Shown here piece after piece: positions 17,295-27,398 of a DNA stretch of 56,318 bases. The stretch's first letter is position 1; every line of letters starts with the position of its first letter. The translations under genes and the position numbers were made by a program. The notes beneath the pieces are model-generated. The model saw only the letters and a list, made by a program, of their open reading frames with translations, was not told the DNA's origin and made no database searches. The DNA lies in IMG/VR virus record IMGVR_UViG_3300048834_000044, positions 1 to 56,318 of that record. One strand, 5' to 3'. This DNA comes from a virus (taxonomy: Duplodnaviria > Caudoviricetes).

Positions 17295-17764
17295 TCAAGG
17301 CCGCCCTGCAGGCCGTTCTCGATGCGGCAGAAGCACGACTCGACGAGTGCTCAGAGCCGGTCGGGCAGACCGGCATCCTGCCGGGTGCCTCGATTGCCTG
17401 GGACAACTGCTGCGACGGCCAACTGTGGGTGCGCGTCATCGACATCACGCCGATCGCGACCACCAACGCGGCCGGTGTGCCCTGCGTCACGTACCTGAAG
17501 ATCCAAGCGGCTCTTGGCCTTGTGCGCTGCTGGGCGATCGTGGACGACGACGGTGTCCCGCCGAGCGCGGCTGAGATGGAGGCTGATGCGACCAGCATGC
17601 TCGTTGACGCTGATGCACTCATGGCCGCGCTGCAGGACGTCGGTGCCACGGTCTCGCGCGGTGTACCCCTTGGGCCGCAGGGCAACTGTGGCGGTTGGGA
17701 GTGGACCTTCACCTTCCTGAAGACGCCGTGCGTCGGCTGCGAGTCACCGGGCGGGCCGTCGTGA
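17285..17764 (+). CDS. Putative tail terminator or head-tail joining protein
   Basis: 159 aa; WDNCCDGQLWVR and GPQGNCGGW; synteny. Confidence 0.6.
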   Translation: MDVIKAALQAVLDAAEARLDECSEPVGQTGILPGASIAWDNCCDGQLWVRVIDITPIATTNAAGVPCVTYLKIQAALGLVRCWAIVDDDGVPPSAAEMEADATSMLVDADALMAALQDVGATVSRGVPLGPQGNCGGWEWTFTFLKTPCVGCESPGGPS

Positions 17765-18147
17765 GGGTTCGCATCAACGACACGGAACTTCGGGCGATGT
17801 TCCTGCCGACCGGCGAGATCGGCCGGGCCGCCGAGCGCGCTGCTGGCCGGATCCGCGACCGGGCCAAGGAGAACGCGCCGGTCAACACGGGTGCGCTGCG
17901 CGGCTCGATCACGGCGACTCTGGCCGTCCAGGGCAAGGACTCGATCGTCTACAAGATCGGCTCGCCGCTGGCCTACGCGATCTACCAGGAGAGCGGCGTC
18001 GGCCCGATCTTCGCGCGCCGGGCTCCCATGCTGCACTTCAAGTCTCGGTCGGGTCGCTGGGTCAAGGTGTTCTCGACCTCGGGCGTCCCGGCGGTTCACT
18101 ACCTCGAACGCGCGATCGACTCGGTCACGGAAGCAGACTTTCTGTGA
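17761..18147 (+). CDS. HK97 gp10-like head-tail component
   Basis: GTGA-coupled start at 17761; APVNTGALRGSI and YAIYQESG motifs. Confidence 0.72.
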   Translation: MRVRINDTELRAMFLPTGEIGRAAERAAGRIRDRAKENAPVNTGALRGSITATLAVQGKDSIVYKIGSPLAYAIYQESGVGPIFARRAPMLHFKSRSGRWVKVFSTSGVPAVHYLERAIDSVTEADFL

Positions 18148-18154
18148 CGCTGCA

Positions 18155-18163
18155 TGGTAGGAT
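18155..18163 (+). promoter_or_regulatory. Putative extended -10 promoter TGGTAGGAT
   Basis: Intergenic; upstream of SD GAAGGGAG and a small ORF. Confidence 0.5.
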
Positions 18164-18189
18164 GACGGCAATCGGAAGGGAGCAGTGCG

Positions 18190-18330
18190 GTGGGATGCAA
18201 CTGCGGTAAGGGAAGGGCGGCGCGGATCGCCGCTGCAGCACAGGAGAAGTTGGCCACTCAGACGGCCAACGCCCAGCCGACTCCGGCAGACATGGGCAAC
18301 GACTCGACCACTACCAAGGAGACCTCATGA
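18190..18330 (+). CDS. Small Cys-motif protein (46 aa, MGCNCGKGR...), absent from the ORF track
   Basis: SD GAAGGGAG, GTG start, ATGA overlap with the next gene. Confidence 0.65.
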   Translation: MGCNCGKGRAARIAAAAQEKLATQTANAQPTPADMGNDSTTTKETS

Positions 18331-18641
18331 CCGACCTCACGTTCAAGGTGGCCAAGCGCCGCCAGGAGCCGATCACCTTCGAGATCGAGGGTGACGACCA
18401 CGTCTACGCCTTTACCGCGCCGAAGCAGGCCGCGATGGTGCTGCCGATGATGGAGCAGGCGGAGAACGGCCTCATGGCCACCAGGGCTGCCTTCGAGTGG
18501 CTCGACAAGGGCCTCTCGACGGAGGACCAGGACCGCATCACCAACCGGCTGAAGGACCCGGACGACGACTTCGACGTGGACTCCCTGGAGGAGATCGTCG
18601 TCGGTCTGGTCGAGGCCGTGGGAGCACGCCCTACTACGTAG
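18327..18641 (+). CDS. Tail assembly chaperone (G-like)
   Basis: 104 aa, two genes upstream of the tape measure gene, ending ...GARPTT; SD AAGGAG. Confidence 0.8.
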   Translation: MTDLTFKVAKRRQEPITFEIEGDDHVYAFTAPKQAAMVLPMMEQAENGLMATRAAFEWLDKGLSTEDQDRITNRLKDPDDDFDVDSLEEIVVGLVEAVGARPTT

Positions 18642-18934
18642 CGATGCGCCTCATCGGCATCGCAGAAACCAACTGGGACAGGCTGGACGGAGACATGGCG
18701 GCGAAGGGAGTGGACCCGATGGAACTGCCGTTCGATCGGTTCCTGAACCTGATCTACGCCTTCGCCGTCTCGTCGTTCAGCGACGAGAAGGACCTCAACC
18801 GCTTCGAGGCGCGGCTGAACCTTCCCATCCCTGGCATCAGGAGCAAGATCGCTGAGACCGCGTCGCCGTGGGCTCCTGAGCGCGAGACGGCCGCCCTCGG
18901 CGGTCTCGCGGCTGCTCTGCGAGGGGGTGCCTGA
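18623..18934 (+). CDS. Tail assembly chaperone second ORF (T-like), reached by a -1 frameshift or by ATG 18644
   Basis: The -1 frame overlaps the end of the previous ORF and ends at the tape measure start (TGATG). Confidence 0.65.
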   Translation, partial: STPYYVAMRLIGIAETNWDRLDGDMAAKGVDPMELPFDRFLNLIYAFAVSSFSDEKDLNRFEARLNLPIPGIRSKIAETASPWAPERETAALGGLAAALRGGA

Positions 18935-21900
18935 TGAGCATCGCCGACGCGTACGTCGATCTCCATGTCGATGGGGACGGCTTCGCCGCTGAGGTCCGTC
19001 GCACGGTCAAGTCTACCAACGTAGACAACGACTCTTCGACCCTCGGCGACCGCATCGGCGAGCGTATCGGCTCGCGGCTGCTGGCCTCCATGCGGAAGCA
19101 GTTCAAGGGCTTTCCCAACGCGCTCAACGACTTGTTCCTCGACGTCGGTGACATCGTGGGCAAGATCCCCTCGAAGATCGTGCTCATCGGCGGGGCGATC
19201 GTGGCGGTCATCCCGCTCATCACGTCCCTGCTCTCGGCGCTGACGGGAGCGGCGACAGCACTCGTTGGGGCTCTTGCCCAGGCGACTGCTGCTGCCCTCC
19301 CGTTGGCGGCGGGCCTCGGCGCGATCATCCAGGCGGCCGTGGTCGGCAAGATCGCCTTCGCCAACTTCGGCAAGGCCGTTGGCGGGGATGAGAAGGCGCT
19401 GAAGGCGCTGTCGCCGGTCGCCCGTGAGGCTGCCAAAGCGGCTCAGGGGCTTTCGAAGGAGTGGGGCGGCGTCCAGAAGGCGATCCAGAACAACGTCTTC
19501 GCCGGACTGGCTGGGCCGATCAAGAGTCTCGGCGAGACGCTGTTTCCCGTCTTGCAGAAGGGGCTTTCGGGGACTGGGACGCAGATCAACCTGCTGCTGA
19601 AGGACCTCGCGGGGTTCGCGACGAGCACCGGCTTCGTCACCAAGTTCGGCCAGATCTTGAAGGGTAACAACGCGATCTTCGGCCAGTTGCGGAAGGCCGC
19701 CGTGCCGATCCTTGACGGCCTGCTGACGCTGTTCCGTGGCCTGCAGCCGTCCGCGCTCGGGCTCGCGAAGTCCATCGGCGGCATCGCCCAGCGGTTCCAG
19801 GGGTGGGCCGTGGGCATCACGACGTCGGGACGGCTCAACGCGATCGTGGAGCGCGGGCTCGCGATCTTCAAGGACCTGTGGGCGCTTGCCAGGAACCTCG
19901 GCGGTGTCCTGGCCAACGTCTTCGGAGCCGCAGCCGGTCCTGGCGCTGGCCTGCTGAAGACCCTGGCCGACTCGGCCGGTGCGCTGAAGACCTTGACCTC
20001 CAAGGCGAGCGTCAAGAACGGCATCGCCCAGTGGGCCACGGACTCCATCAACGCCTTGAAGTCTGTGGGCGAGTTCTTCGGCAAGGTCCTCGGCCCGCTC
20101 GGTGGCGTCGTCGGGAAGTTGTTCGACCCCAACACTCTCACGACCTACATGAAGGTCTTCGGGCAGATCTTCGACGCGATCATGCCCATCGTCGGCGTTA
20201 TCCGCGACGTCCTCGGGCCAGTGATCGAGATGATCGGCCAGGCATTCGCCGACCTCGGGCCGAAGATCCAGCCGCTGTTCGTGGCGCTCGCTCCGCTGCT
20301 GAAGGGCATCGGAGCCGTCATCGGCAACATCGTCAAGCAGGTCTTCGAGTTTGTGGGGATCATCGCTCAGGTGATCACGCCGGTCATCGGGTTCATCAGC
20401 AACCTGATCGGCCCGGTCATCGAGCGCTTCGCACCCATCATCGCGACCATCATCCTGGCCTTCACCAACTGGGGTAGCGCGCTCGTCCGGCTGATCCCGA
20501 TCGTCGGAAAGTTCATCTCTCCCATCGTATCCTTCGCGCAGTGGCTCATCCAGAGGCTGGGACCCGTCCTCGGTTTCATCGGCGGACTCGTCGGAAGGGT
20601 CTTCAGCCTCATCGGGAGGGTGATCGGGACCTACATGCGGGCCGTGTCCACGGTCGTCTCGAAGGTCTGGGGCGCAGTCAAGTCGGCGTTCTCGACGGCC
20701 GTGAACTTCATCTGGGGCTTGATCAAGGGCTACGTCAGCCTGTGGCTCGGCGTCTTCCGCAAGATCGGCGAGATCGCAGGCATCGTCGGACGCGCGTTCT
20801 CGGCAGTCTTCAACGCGGTCAAGACGAAGGGCGCGGAGATCCTGACGAACATCAAGACGTTCGTCGGCAACATGATCAAGCCGTTCAGCGAGGCGGTCGG
20901 CAAGATGCTGACCATCGGCCGCAACATCGTGACCGGCATCTGGAACGGTATCTCCGGCGCGGCCGGGTGGCTAAAGGACAAGATCACCCAGTGGGTCAAG
21001 GACACGCTGCCCGGCCCGGTCGCCAAGTTGCTGGGGATCTCCAGCCCTTCCAAGGTCTTTGCAGAGATCGGCAAGTGGGTCGTCCTCGGTCTCGGCGAGG
21101 GCGTCGAGAAGAACCTGGGTGGACTCAAGAAGGCCGCCAACAAGTTGGTGGCCACCCTGGAGAAGTGGAAGGAGCGCCTGCGGACTCTGCGCGAGGACTC
21201 GAAGGCGTACGCGGCAGGCGTCGCGGACTCCTTCCGGCGCATCGGAGACGTAGCGTCGTTCTCCTTCACCAACGACAAGGGTGAGACGATCGCGCCGACC
21301 TTCGCGCTCATCAAGGACGAGTTGACGGCCGCCGTCACGCGGGCCGAGACGTTCCAGAAGACCATGAAGCGGTTGCAGAACCTCGGCCTCAACAAGACGA
21401 CCTTGGACCAGTTGTACCAGGCCGGGCCGGAGGCGCTGGAGAACGCTGTTGCCCTTGCGTCTGCTGGGAAGGACGGCGTCCAGGAGGTCAACAAGTTGCA
21501 GGCTGCACTGAACGCCTCCGGCAAGAAGGCGGGCGACCAGGCGGCACAGAAGTTCTACGGCGCGGGCATCGCGGCGGCCGAGGGCATGATCAAGGGTCTC
21601 CAGAAGTTGAAGCCGCAGATGGTGAAGGTGGCCGAGGGTCTCGGCGACGCCGTCGCCAAGGCGGTCAAGAAGGCTCTGGGGATCAAGAGCCCCAGCAAGG
21701 TCATGGAGGCGGCGGGCATCAACACGGTGCGCGGCTTCCAGAAGGGTGTCGAGGGCAACGCGGCGCTGGCCACGAACGCTATGGCGGGCATCGTGCTTCC
21801 GCCTAAGACCGCCGGAACTGCTACCGGCGCATCGGGTTACGGCGACATCTACGTCACCTTCGACGTGGACGACCTCGACAAGATCAACAAGGTCAAGGAC

Positions 21901-21972
21901 TTCCTCGACATGGTGGACGGTGCTCGCGTGAGGCAACGGCAGACGTACCGCTCGGGACAGGTGGCGGTGTAG
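18934..21972 (+). CDS. Tape measure protein
   Basis: 1012 aa, Ala/Gly/Ile-rich amphipathic repeats, LGISSPSKV and LGIKSPSKV motifs. Confidence 0.93.
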   Translation: MSIADAYVDLHVDGDGFAAEVRRTVKSTNVDNDSSTLGDRIGERIGSRLLASMRKQFKGFPNALNDLFLDVGDIVGKIPSKIVLIGGAIVAVIPLITSLLSALTGAATALVGALAQATAAALPLAAGLGAIIQAAVVGKIAFANFGKAVGGDEKALKALSPVAREAAKAAQGLSKEWGGVQKAIQNNVFAGLAGPIKSLGETLFPVLQKGLSGTGTQINLLLKDLAGFATSTGFVTKFGQILKGNNAIFGQLRKAAVPILDGLLTLFRGLQPSALGLAKSIGGIAQRFQGWAVGITTSGRLNAIVERGLAIFKDLWALARNLGGVLANVFGAAAGPGAGLLKTLADSAGALKTLTSKASVKNGIAQWATDSINALKSVGEFFGKVLGPLGGVVGKLFDPNTLTTYMKVFGQIFDAIMPIVGVIRDVLGPVIEMIGQAFADLGPKIQPLFVALAPLLKGIGAVIGNIVKQVFEFVGIIAQVITPVIGFISNLIGPVIERFAPIIATIILAFTNWGSALVRLIPIVGKFISPIVSFAQWLIQRLGPVLGFIGGLVGRVFSLIGRVIGTYMRAVSTVVSKVWGAVKSAFSTAVNFIWGLIKGYVSLWLGVFRKIGEIAGIVGRAFSAVFNAVKTKGAEILTNIKTFVGNMIKPFSEAVGKMLTIGRNIVTGIWNGISGAAGWLKDKITQWVKDTLPGPVAKLLGISSPSKVFAEIGKWVVLGLGEGVEKNLGGLKKAANKLVATLEKWKERLRTLREDSKAYAAGVADSFRRIGDVASFSFTNDKGETIAPTFALIKDELTAAVTRAETFQKTMKRLQNLGLNKTTLDQLYQAGPEALENAVALASAGKDGVQEVNKLQAALNASGKKAGDQAAQKFYGAGIAAAEGMIKGLQKLKPQMVKVAEGLGDAVAKAVKKALGIKSPSKVMEAAGINTVRGFQKGVEGNAALATNAMAGIVLPPKTAGTATGASGYGDIYVTFDVDDLDKINKVKDFLDMVDGARVRQRQTYRSGQVAV

Positions 21973-21975
21973 CAC

Positions 21976-24720
21976 ATGGCGATCCAGTGGGGTGCGTGGG
22001 AGTACAGCGGTGGCAACGGCATGCGCGTCGGCATCGAGGTCCTGACCTCGGCCGTCACCACGTCGTCTCCCTCGGTCACCTTCACCTTCAAGGTCTACAC
22101 GCAGAACCAGTACTCCTACTCGGACAGCCAGACGCTGAACTACGGCGGCTCGTGCGGCTCGGGCTCGGACGGCTTCACCAACAGCAGCGGCTCGTCGGCG
22201 GTCTTGCGCGCGACCGAGACGTGTACCTACAACTATACGACGTACGGATCCTCTCCAGGCACAAGGACTTTCAGCGCGACGATCTCCGGCGCGTACAACG
22301 GCGTCACGCCGACCAAGAGCGTCACGGTCACCATCCCGGCTCGGCCGTACGCGGCACCCCTCGCACCGAGCGGCGTTTCTGCATCGCGCACATCGGATAC
22401 TACCGCCACGGTGACGTGGACCAACAACACCACGGCTCAGAAGCCCTACACGTCCAAGACGTTGCAGATGCGGACCTACACGGGTTCGACGTGGAGCGCG
22501 TGGACGACGATCGCGACTCCTTCCGCCGCATCGACGTCGCAGGCCGTGACGGGTCTCTCGGCAAACCGCAAGTACCAGTTCCAGATCCGTTCCAACAACT
22601 CCATCGGATCCTCGTCCTACGTGGCGTCCGGCGAGGTCAAGATGACCCCTGCCGCGCCGTCCGCCGTGACGGCCGCCCGGTCGGGTGCAAACATCGCGGT
22701 CAACTGGACGAACGCGGCGTACACGGATGCAGGCATCACATGGACGATCGAGCGGTCGGTCGCGGGCGGGGCGTACGCCGCGCTGGCCTCCGGCATCGCC
22801 CAGGGCACCCTGACGTACACCGACGCCTCTCCTGGCGTCGGCACGAATCAGTACAGGGTCAAGGCTGTTCAGGCGACCGGCTCCCTGTCGTCGGCGTGGA
22901 CGACCTCGAACGTCGTCTCGACGGTGGTCGCGCCGCTCGCTCCCTCGGGACTGATCCCCAACGGCCTCGCGGCAGACTTCCTCAACGACCTCAACGCAGT
23001 GATCTGGACGCACAACCCCGGCGGGGACGGCGCGGCTCAGACGGCCTATCAGGTCCAGTTCTCCAATAACGGCGGGGCGACGTGGACGGCGCTGGACACC
23101 GGCACCGTCACGGCCGGAGCGCCTGGCAACACGGGCTTCCACAACATCGCGCCGGGGACGCTGGCCAACGGCGTGACCTACCAGTGGCGCGTTCGGACGC
23201 AGGGTGTTGCCTCTGCTGGCTGGGGACCCTACTCGGCCGCCGCCACGGTTATCGGGTCGGCCCGCCCGACCGCGACCATCGATGCGCCGACCGCGATGAC
23301 GTCGGTTCTCCCTCTCTCCCTTGCCTGGTCGTACAACCAGGACGAGAGCAGCCCGCAGGCGGCCTGGGAGGCTGAACTCGTCGATGGGGACGGCGCGGTC
23401 GTCGAGACCACTTCCGGCACAACGGAAAGCACCGCCGTCTTCGCCTGGCCGGTCGTAGAGGGAGAGACGTACACGCTCCGCCTGCGCGTGCAGTCCGCCG
23501 CAGGGCTTTGGAGCGCATGGGAAAGCGTCGATACAGAGGTCGATCTGCTGCCTCCGGCTCCTTCGGATCTCGATGCAGAGTACGACGTCTGCTCCGGTTC
23601 GGTCCTGCTCACGGTCACGCCAGAGGATCCGACGCCGGGCGTCAACGTCTCCGTGGATCACGTCTACGTCGAGCGCAAGATCGGCGACGGGCCGTGGATG
23701 ATGATCGCCGAGAACCTGCCGGTCCCCATCTCCTTCATCGACACCATCCCATCGACGACGAAGCCGAACGAGTACCGCGTCACGTCCGTGAGCGACCTGC
23801 CGTCGTACTACGTCAACCCGGTCGTCGTGGTGCAGAACACGGAGGGCCATCCGGGAGATCCCCTTTGGTCGTTCCTGTCCTACGGCGACGGCTTCACCAA
23901 GACGCTGCGGCTGCGTGGCTCGCTCGCCACGTCGGCGACGAGCAGTCGCGCCCGCGCGGCTCAGCACTTCATGGGTCGCGGGCTGCCAACGCTCCTTGTG
24001 GGAGAAGCGATCGACCGGGTCGTGACCGTGGCCGGGACGTCGTACTACGACGACCGCTGCGCCTGGCGCGGCGAGTGCGACTACGATTCTCCAAGGGACG
24101 ACTGGGAGTCTGCTGCCTGGGAGGCTGAGGTCGTCTGCTACCGGGACCACACCGGCCGTCGCCTGTTCGGCATGCTCGGTGACGTCGCGACCGACGACGT
24201 GTTCCCCGGCGTTGCGAGCGTTGGCTTCTCGGTGACGCAGACCGGCTACATGGAGTTGCCAGGGATCGCACCGACCGCAGGCGAGAACCTGGCCGACCCG
24301 GACTGGCTCACGTCCAACACCTACTGGGGCTCGCTGGCCTTCGGCTACCAGTTCCCCGTTGGCTCGTTCGTGCCCGAGGCGGGAGGCATGCGACTCAACT
24401 GGAACCTCAGCCCGAGTCAGGCGGGCAACGGCTACCAGTTGGGCGCGATCAACGGCCCGGTGAACCTCGACCCGATCCTGGAGGTCGGCAAGCGCTACCG
24501 CTTCACCTTCCGGTGCGTGCTCGCGTCCGGCTCGACGCAGGTCCGGGCGTCGATCGGCTTCGTCGGGTCTGGCTCGTGGGTGACGGTTACCGATGTCCCT
24601 GTTGACGTCTCGGTGGACTACACCTGGACCGCTGGCAAGTGGGTCGGGCTGGAGTCCGGTCCCAATCCGGTCGGGTCGGTGCTGGTGCAGTCCATCAGCA
24701 TCAAGGAGAGGCTGACCTGA
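21976..24720 (+). CDS. Minor tail protein with fibronectin type III-like repeats
   Basis: Ser/Thr-rich beta repeats (VTWT, YQFQIRS, YQWRVRT); immediately after the tape measure gene. Confidence 0.82.
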   Translation: MAIQWGAWEYSGGNGMRVGIEVLTSAVTTSSPSVTFTFKVYTQNQYSYSDSQTLNYGGSCGSGSDGFTNSSGSSAVLRATETCTYNYTTYGSSPGTRTFSATISGAYNGVTPTKSVTVTIPARPYAAPLAPSGVSASRTSDTTATVTWTNNTTAQKPYTSKTLQMRTYTGSTWSAWTTIATPSAASTSQAVTGLSANRKYQFQIRSNNSIGSSSYVASGEVKMTPAAPSAVTAARSGANIAVNWTNAAYTDAGITWTIERSVAGGAYAALASGIAQGTLTYTDASPGVGTNQYRVKAVQATGSLSSAWTTSNVVSTVVAPLAPSGLIPNGLAADFLNDLNAVIWTHNPGGDGAAQTAYQVQFSNNGGATWTALDTGTVTAGAPGNTGFHNIAPGTLANGVTYQWRVRTQGVASAGWGPYSAAATVIGSARPTATIDAPTAMTSVLPLSLAWSYNQDESSPQAAWEAELVDGDGAVVETTSGTTESTAVFAWPVVEGETYTLRLRVQSAAGLWSAWESVDTEVDLLPPAPSDLDAEYDVCSGSVLLTVTPEDPTPGVNVSVDHVYVERKIGDGPWMMIAENLPVPISFIDTIPSTTKPNEYRVTSVSDLPSYYVNPVVVVQNTEGHPGDPLWSFLSYGDGFTKTLRLRGSLATSATSSRARAAQHFMGRGLPTLLVGEAIDRVVTVAGTSYYDDRCAWRGECDYDSPRDDWESAAWEAEVVCYRDHTGRRLFGMLGDVATDDVFPGVASVGFSVTQTGYMELPGIAPTAGENLADPDWLTSNTYWGSLAFGYQFPVGSFVPEAGGMRLNWNLSPSQAGNGYQLGAINGPVNLDPILEVGKRYRFTFRCVLASGSTQVRASIGFVGSGSWVTVTDVPVDVSVDYTWTAGKWVGLESGPNPVGSVLVQSISIKERLT

Positions 24721-25961
24721 TGCCGGTCAACTTCCCTCCTGGCACTCTGCTCGCGCCGCGCATCCCCGGCGTGGACTTCGTGCTGCTGGGAACGCGCGTC
24801 ACGACGTACCGCTTCGATCTCCTTGACTCCGATGACAACCTGATCGGCACGCTCGACGGCGTGCAGGCGGGTGGCTCGGTGTCGTGGGACGCCTACGCCT
24901 CAGTCAAGAGCGGCGGGTCGATTCCGGTTACCGATGTGGCGCAAGACGTTGACTGGATGCACGTCCGCATCCGGCCGGTCGCCGTCCTCTCCCTCGCGGG
25001 CGGCGGCGACGACCCGGCAGGCCGCGAGATCCCGCTCGGCGTCTACCTCCCGGCCGCGCCTAAGCAGAACTGGACGGAGGCCGGGCGGTCTTGGTCCGTT
25101 GAGATGCTTGACAAGTTGAGCGTTCTCGACCAGGACGTCTACACAAACGTCTCTGGCGACGCGGTCGCTTACGGAGCGCCAGCGGGCTCGAACGTCCTTG
25201 ATCTCGTTCGAGATCTGATCAACGGTGCCGGGGAGGCGACGCCTGCGATCGGCACCGGGACGGAAGTCCTTGCGGCCGATCAGGTCTGGGACGCTGGCAC
25301 GACGAGGCTGAAGATCGTCAACGACTTGCTGACGTCGGCTGGCTACTTCAGCCTCTACTGCGATGGTGCCGGGCAGTTCCGTGCCACGCCGTACGTCGAG
25401 CCGAGCGACCGCACGCCCGTCTACACGGGGCAGTACACGCTGATGGAAGACTTCGACCCTGGTGGAGACCCCGAGGCGACGATCCCCGGCACGGCCCGAC
25501 AGTTCATCAGCGCCAACCCCTTCCAGAAGGGCATCACGTCCCTCATGGCTCCCGAGTGGACGCTGGACGAGGACATCTACGGCATCCCGAACCGCTATGT
25601 CGTTGTGGGACAAGGGAGTGAGGACACACCGCCTCTCGTCGCCACGGCCGAGAACATCAACCCGGCCAGTCCGTTCTCCTACGCGAACCGTGGCCGGTGG
25701 ATCACTCAGGTCGAGACAGGCGTTGAGGCTGTTGACCAGGCGGCACTCGACCAGTACGCGCGACGTCAACTCTCCAACGCCACGAGCGTCAACCAGGCGA
25801 TCGACGTCCGGCACATGCTGCTCCCCGAGGTCACGATCAACAGCGTGGTGCGCTTCGTCCACCCTGAAGCCGGAGTGGACTCCCTGTTCACGGTGCTGAA
25901 GACCACGGTCACCTTTGACCCGTTGGAACTTGCTGCCTCGTCGTTGCAGGAGGTCCTGTGA
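24720..25961 (+). CDS. Minor tail protein (baseplate hub-like)
   Basis: ATG 24720 overlaps the previous stop; PLGVYL, IPNRYVVVG and SPFSYANRGRWI motifs. Confidence 0.78.
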   Translation: MPVNFPPGTLLAPRIPGVDFVLLGTRVTTYRFDLLDSDDNLIGTLDGVQAGGSVSWDAYASVKSGGSIPVTDVAQDVDWMHVRIRPVAVLSLAGGGDDPAGREIPLGVYLPAAPKQNWTEAGRSWSVEMLDKLSVLDQDVYTNVSGDAVAYGAPAGSNVLDLVRDLINGAGEATPAIGTGTEVLAADQVWDAGTTRLKIVNDLLTSAGYFSLYCDGAGQFRATPYVEPSDRTPVYTGQYTLMEDFDPGGDPEATIPGTARQFISANPFQKGITSLMAPEWTLDEDIYGIPNRYVVVGQGSEDTPPLVATAENINPASPFSYANRGRWITQVETGVEAVDQAALDQYARRQLSNATSVNQAIDVRHMLLPEVTINSVVRFVHPEAGVDSLFTVLKTTVTFDPLELAASSLQEVL

Positions 25962-27166
25962 CCGAGACCCCGTTCTTCAACGCCCCCATGCAGATCGGGG
26001 CGTTGCAGATCCCCCGTGGCCCCCAGGAGGGTGAGAACACCTTCCGATGGGCAACTGTCGCATCGACTTCCCCGCTTCGAGTACGCCTCGACGGTGAGCC
26101 GGACGTGCTCCCCGTCCGGCCGGACAGTCTGGTCGATCCAATGTCCTTGGCGTATGGCTCGCGCGTCTGGGTGCAGATGTTCGGCCGCCGAGTTCTGATC
26201 CTGGGCATGGCAACTGGTGCGGGGGTCACGGTTCCAGACTTCGGCGTCGAGGCCGCCTGGCCGATCGAAGACCACTCCGTCTCTCCAGCCGACCGCTGGC
26301 GCGTCGCCTCTACGTCAGGAGCCGACGTTGCAGGCTATCGAGATACTGATCCTACGCGGGTCCACTCCGGTGCGCAGAGCCTCCGGCTGCACGTCGGTAC
26401 GACCGGGCAGGGCATCAGCATCTACTCCCCGACCGTGGCAGTGGAGGAGGGCAAGACCTACGCCTTCTCGGTCTGGATGTCCAAGAGCAACGCAACGGTC
26501 GCCAAGTCCTACGTCCGGGTCGCGGGCGGCTCGACGGACGCGCTGGCCGAGTACACTGCTGCCGCTCCTGGTAACGAGATCCCGGTGATCAGCGGCGGGG
26601 CGACCTGGGAGAACGTAGACCTGCCGCTCTACACGGCGGTCTGGAAGAAGGTGACGCTCGTCGTCACGATCCCGGCCGGAGTCACCCGCGCGGCACTCCG
26701 CATCTTCAACTGGTCGGCGGCGGCTCCTCTGGCGCTCTACGCCGACGACATGGAGGTCAAGGAGATCACCGACCCGACGTTGGTGACTGGCTGGATGCCC
26801 GCGACGCTGAACAACTCGTGGATCAACTACGGCACGCCATACCAGCAGGCCGAGTACCGCCGCGTCGGTGACGAAGTGCAGGTGCGAGGGCTGATCAAGT
26901 CCGGTTCGTCCGGCGTCTCGGTGCTGACGCTGCCGGTCGGCTTCCGTCCGCCTGCTGAGATGCTCTACGCTGGCATCGCAAACCTCAACTACACCTGGGC
27001 GACCGGCCCAGCCAGTGCGGGCACGGCGCACACGCACTCGCAGGGCAACCCGCCGAACAACGCGCTGCGGCTCAACGTCCAGCCCAACGGCAACATCACC
27101 GTGAACAGCGGCACGCCCAACGGCTACATCGACCTGTCGATGGTGCGGTTCAGTGTGACTCCGTGA
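25958..27166 (+). CDS. Minor tail or receptor-binding protein with a carbohydrate-binding-like domain
   Basis: WATVASTSPLRVRLDG N-terminus, HSGAQSLRL..GKTYAFSVW CBM-like region, TLPVGFRP C-terminus. Confidence 0.75.
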   Translation: MTETPFFNAPMQIGALQIPRGPQEGENTFRWATVASTSPLRVRLDGEPDVLPVRPDSLVDPMSLAYGSRVWVQMFGRRVLILGMATGAGVTVPDFGVEAAWPIEDHSVSPADRWRVASTSGADVAGYRDTDPTRVHSGAQSLRLHVGTTGQGISIYSPTVAVEEGKTYAFSVWMSKSNATVAKSYVRVAGGSTDALAEYTAAAPGNEIPVISGGATWENVDLPLYTAVWKKVTLVVTIPAGVTRAALRIFNWSAAAPLALYADDMEVKEITDPTLVTGWMPATLNNSWINYGTPYQQAEYRRVGDEVQVRGLIKSGSSGVSVLTLPVGFRPPAEMLYAGIANLNYTWATGPASAGTAHTHSQGNPPNNALRLNVQPNGNITVNSGTPNGYIDLSMVRFSVTP

Positions 27167-27172
27167 TAGTAT
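27164..27172 (+). promoter_or_regulatory. Putative extended -10 promoter (TGATAGTAT) for the lysis genes
   Basis: TGnTAnnnT overlapping the upstream stop; SD GGGAGG before GTG 27198. Confidence 0.45.
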
Positions 27173-27197
27173 GACCAACAAGGAGAGGGAGGCAACC

Positions 27198-27398
27198 GTG
27201 GCCGAGATCGAGGAGCCGATCGAGATCCTGGACGACCAGGACGCAGAGGTCGCGCGCATCGTCGCGGACTCCAACGACCCCATCGACATCGACGCGCTGT
27301 CGGAGGACCAGAACTCGCCGGACGCTGCTGAAGGTGCCGACGAGTCCGGTGCGCCTGTCGTGAGCGAGTGGGGTTCCGAGGAAGGATTGGGAACGTGA
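27198..27398 (+). CDS. Small highly acidic protein (66 aa) coupled to the endolysin gene
   Basis: SD GGGAGG, GTG start, GTGA overlap with endolysin. Confidence 0.6.
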   Translation: MAEIEEPIEILDDQDAEVARIVADSNDPIDIDALSEDQNSPDAAEGADESGAPVVSEWGSEEGLGT

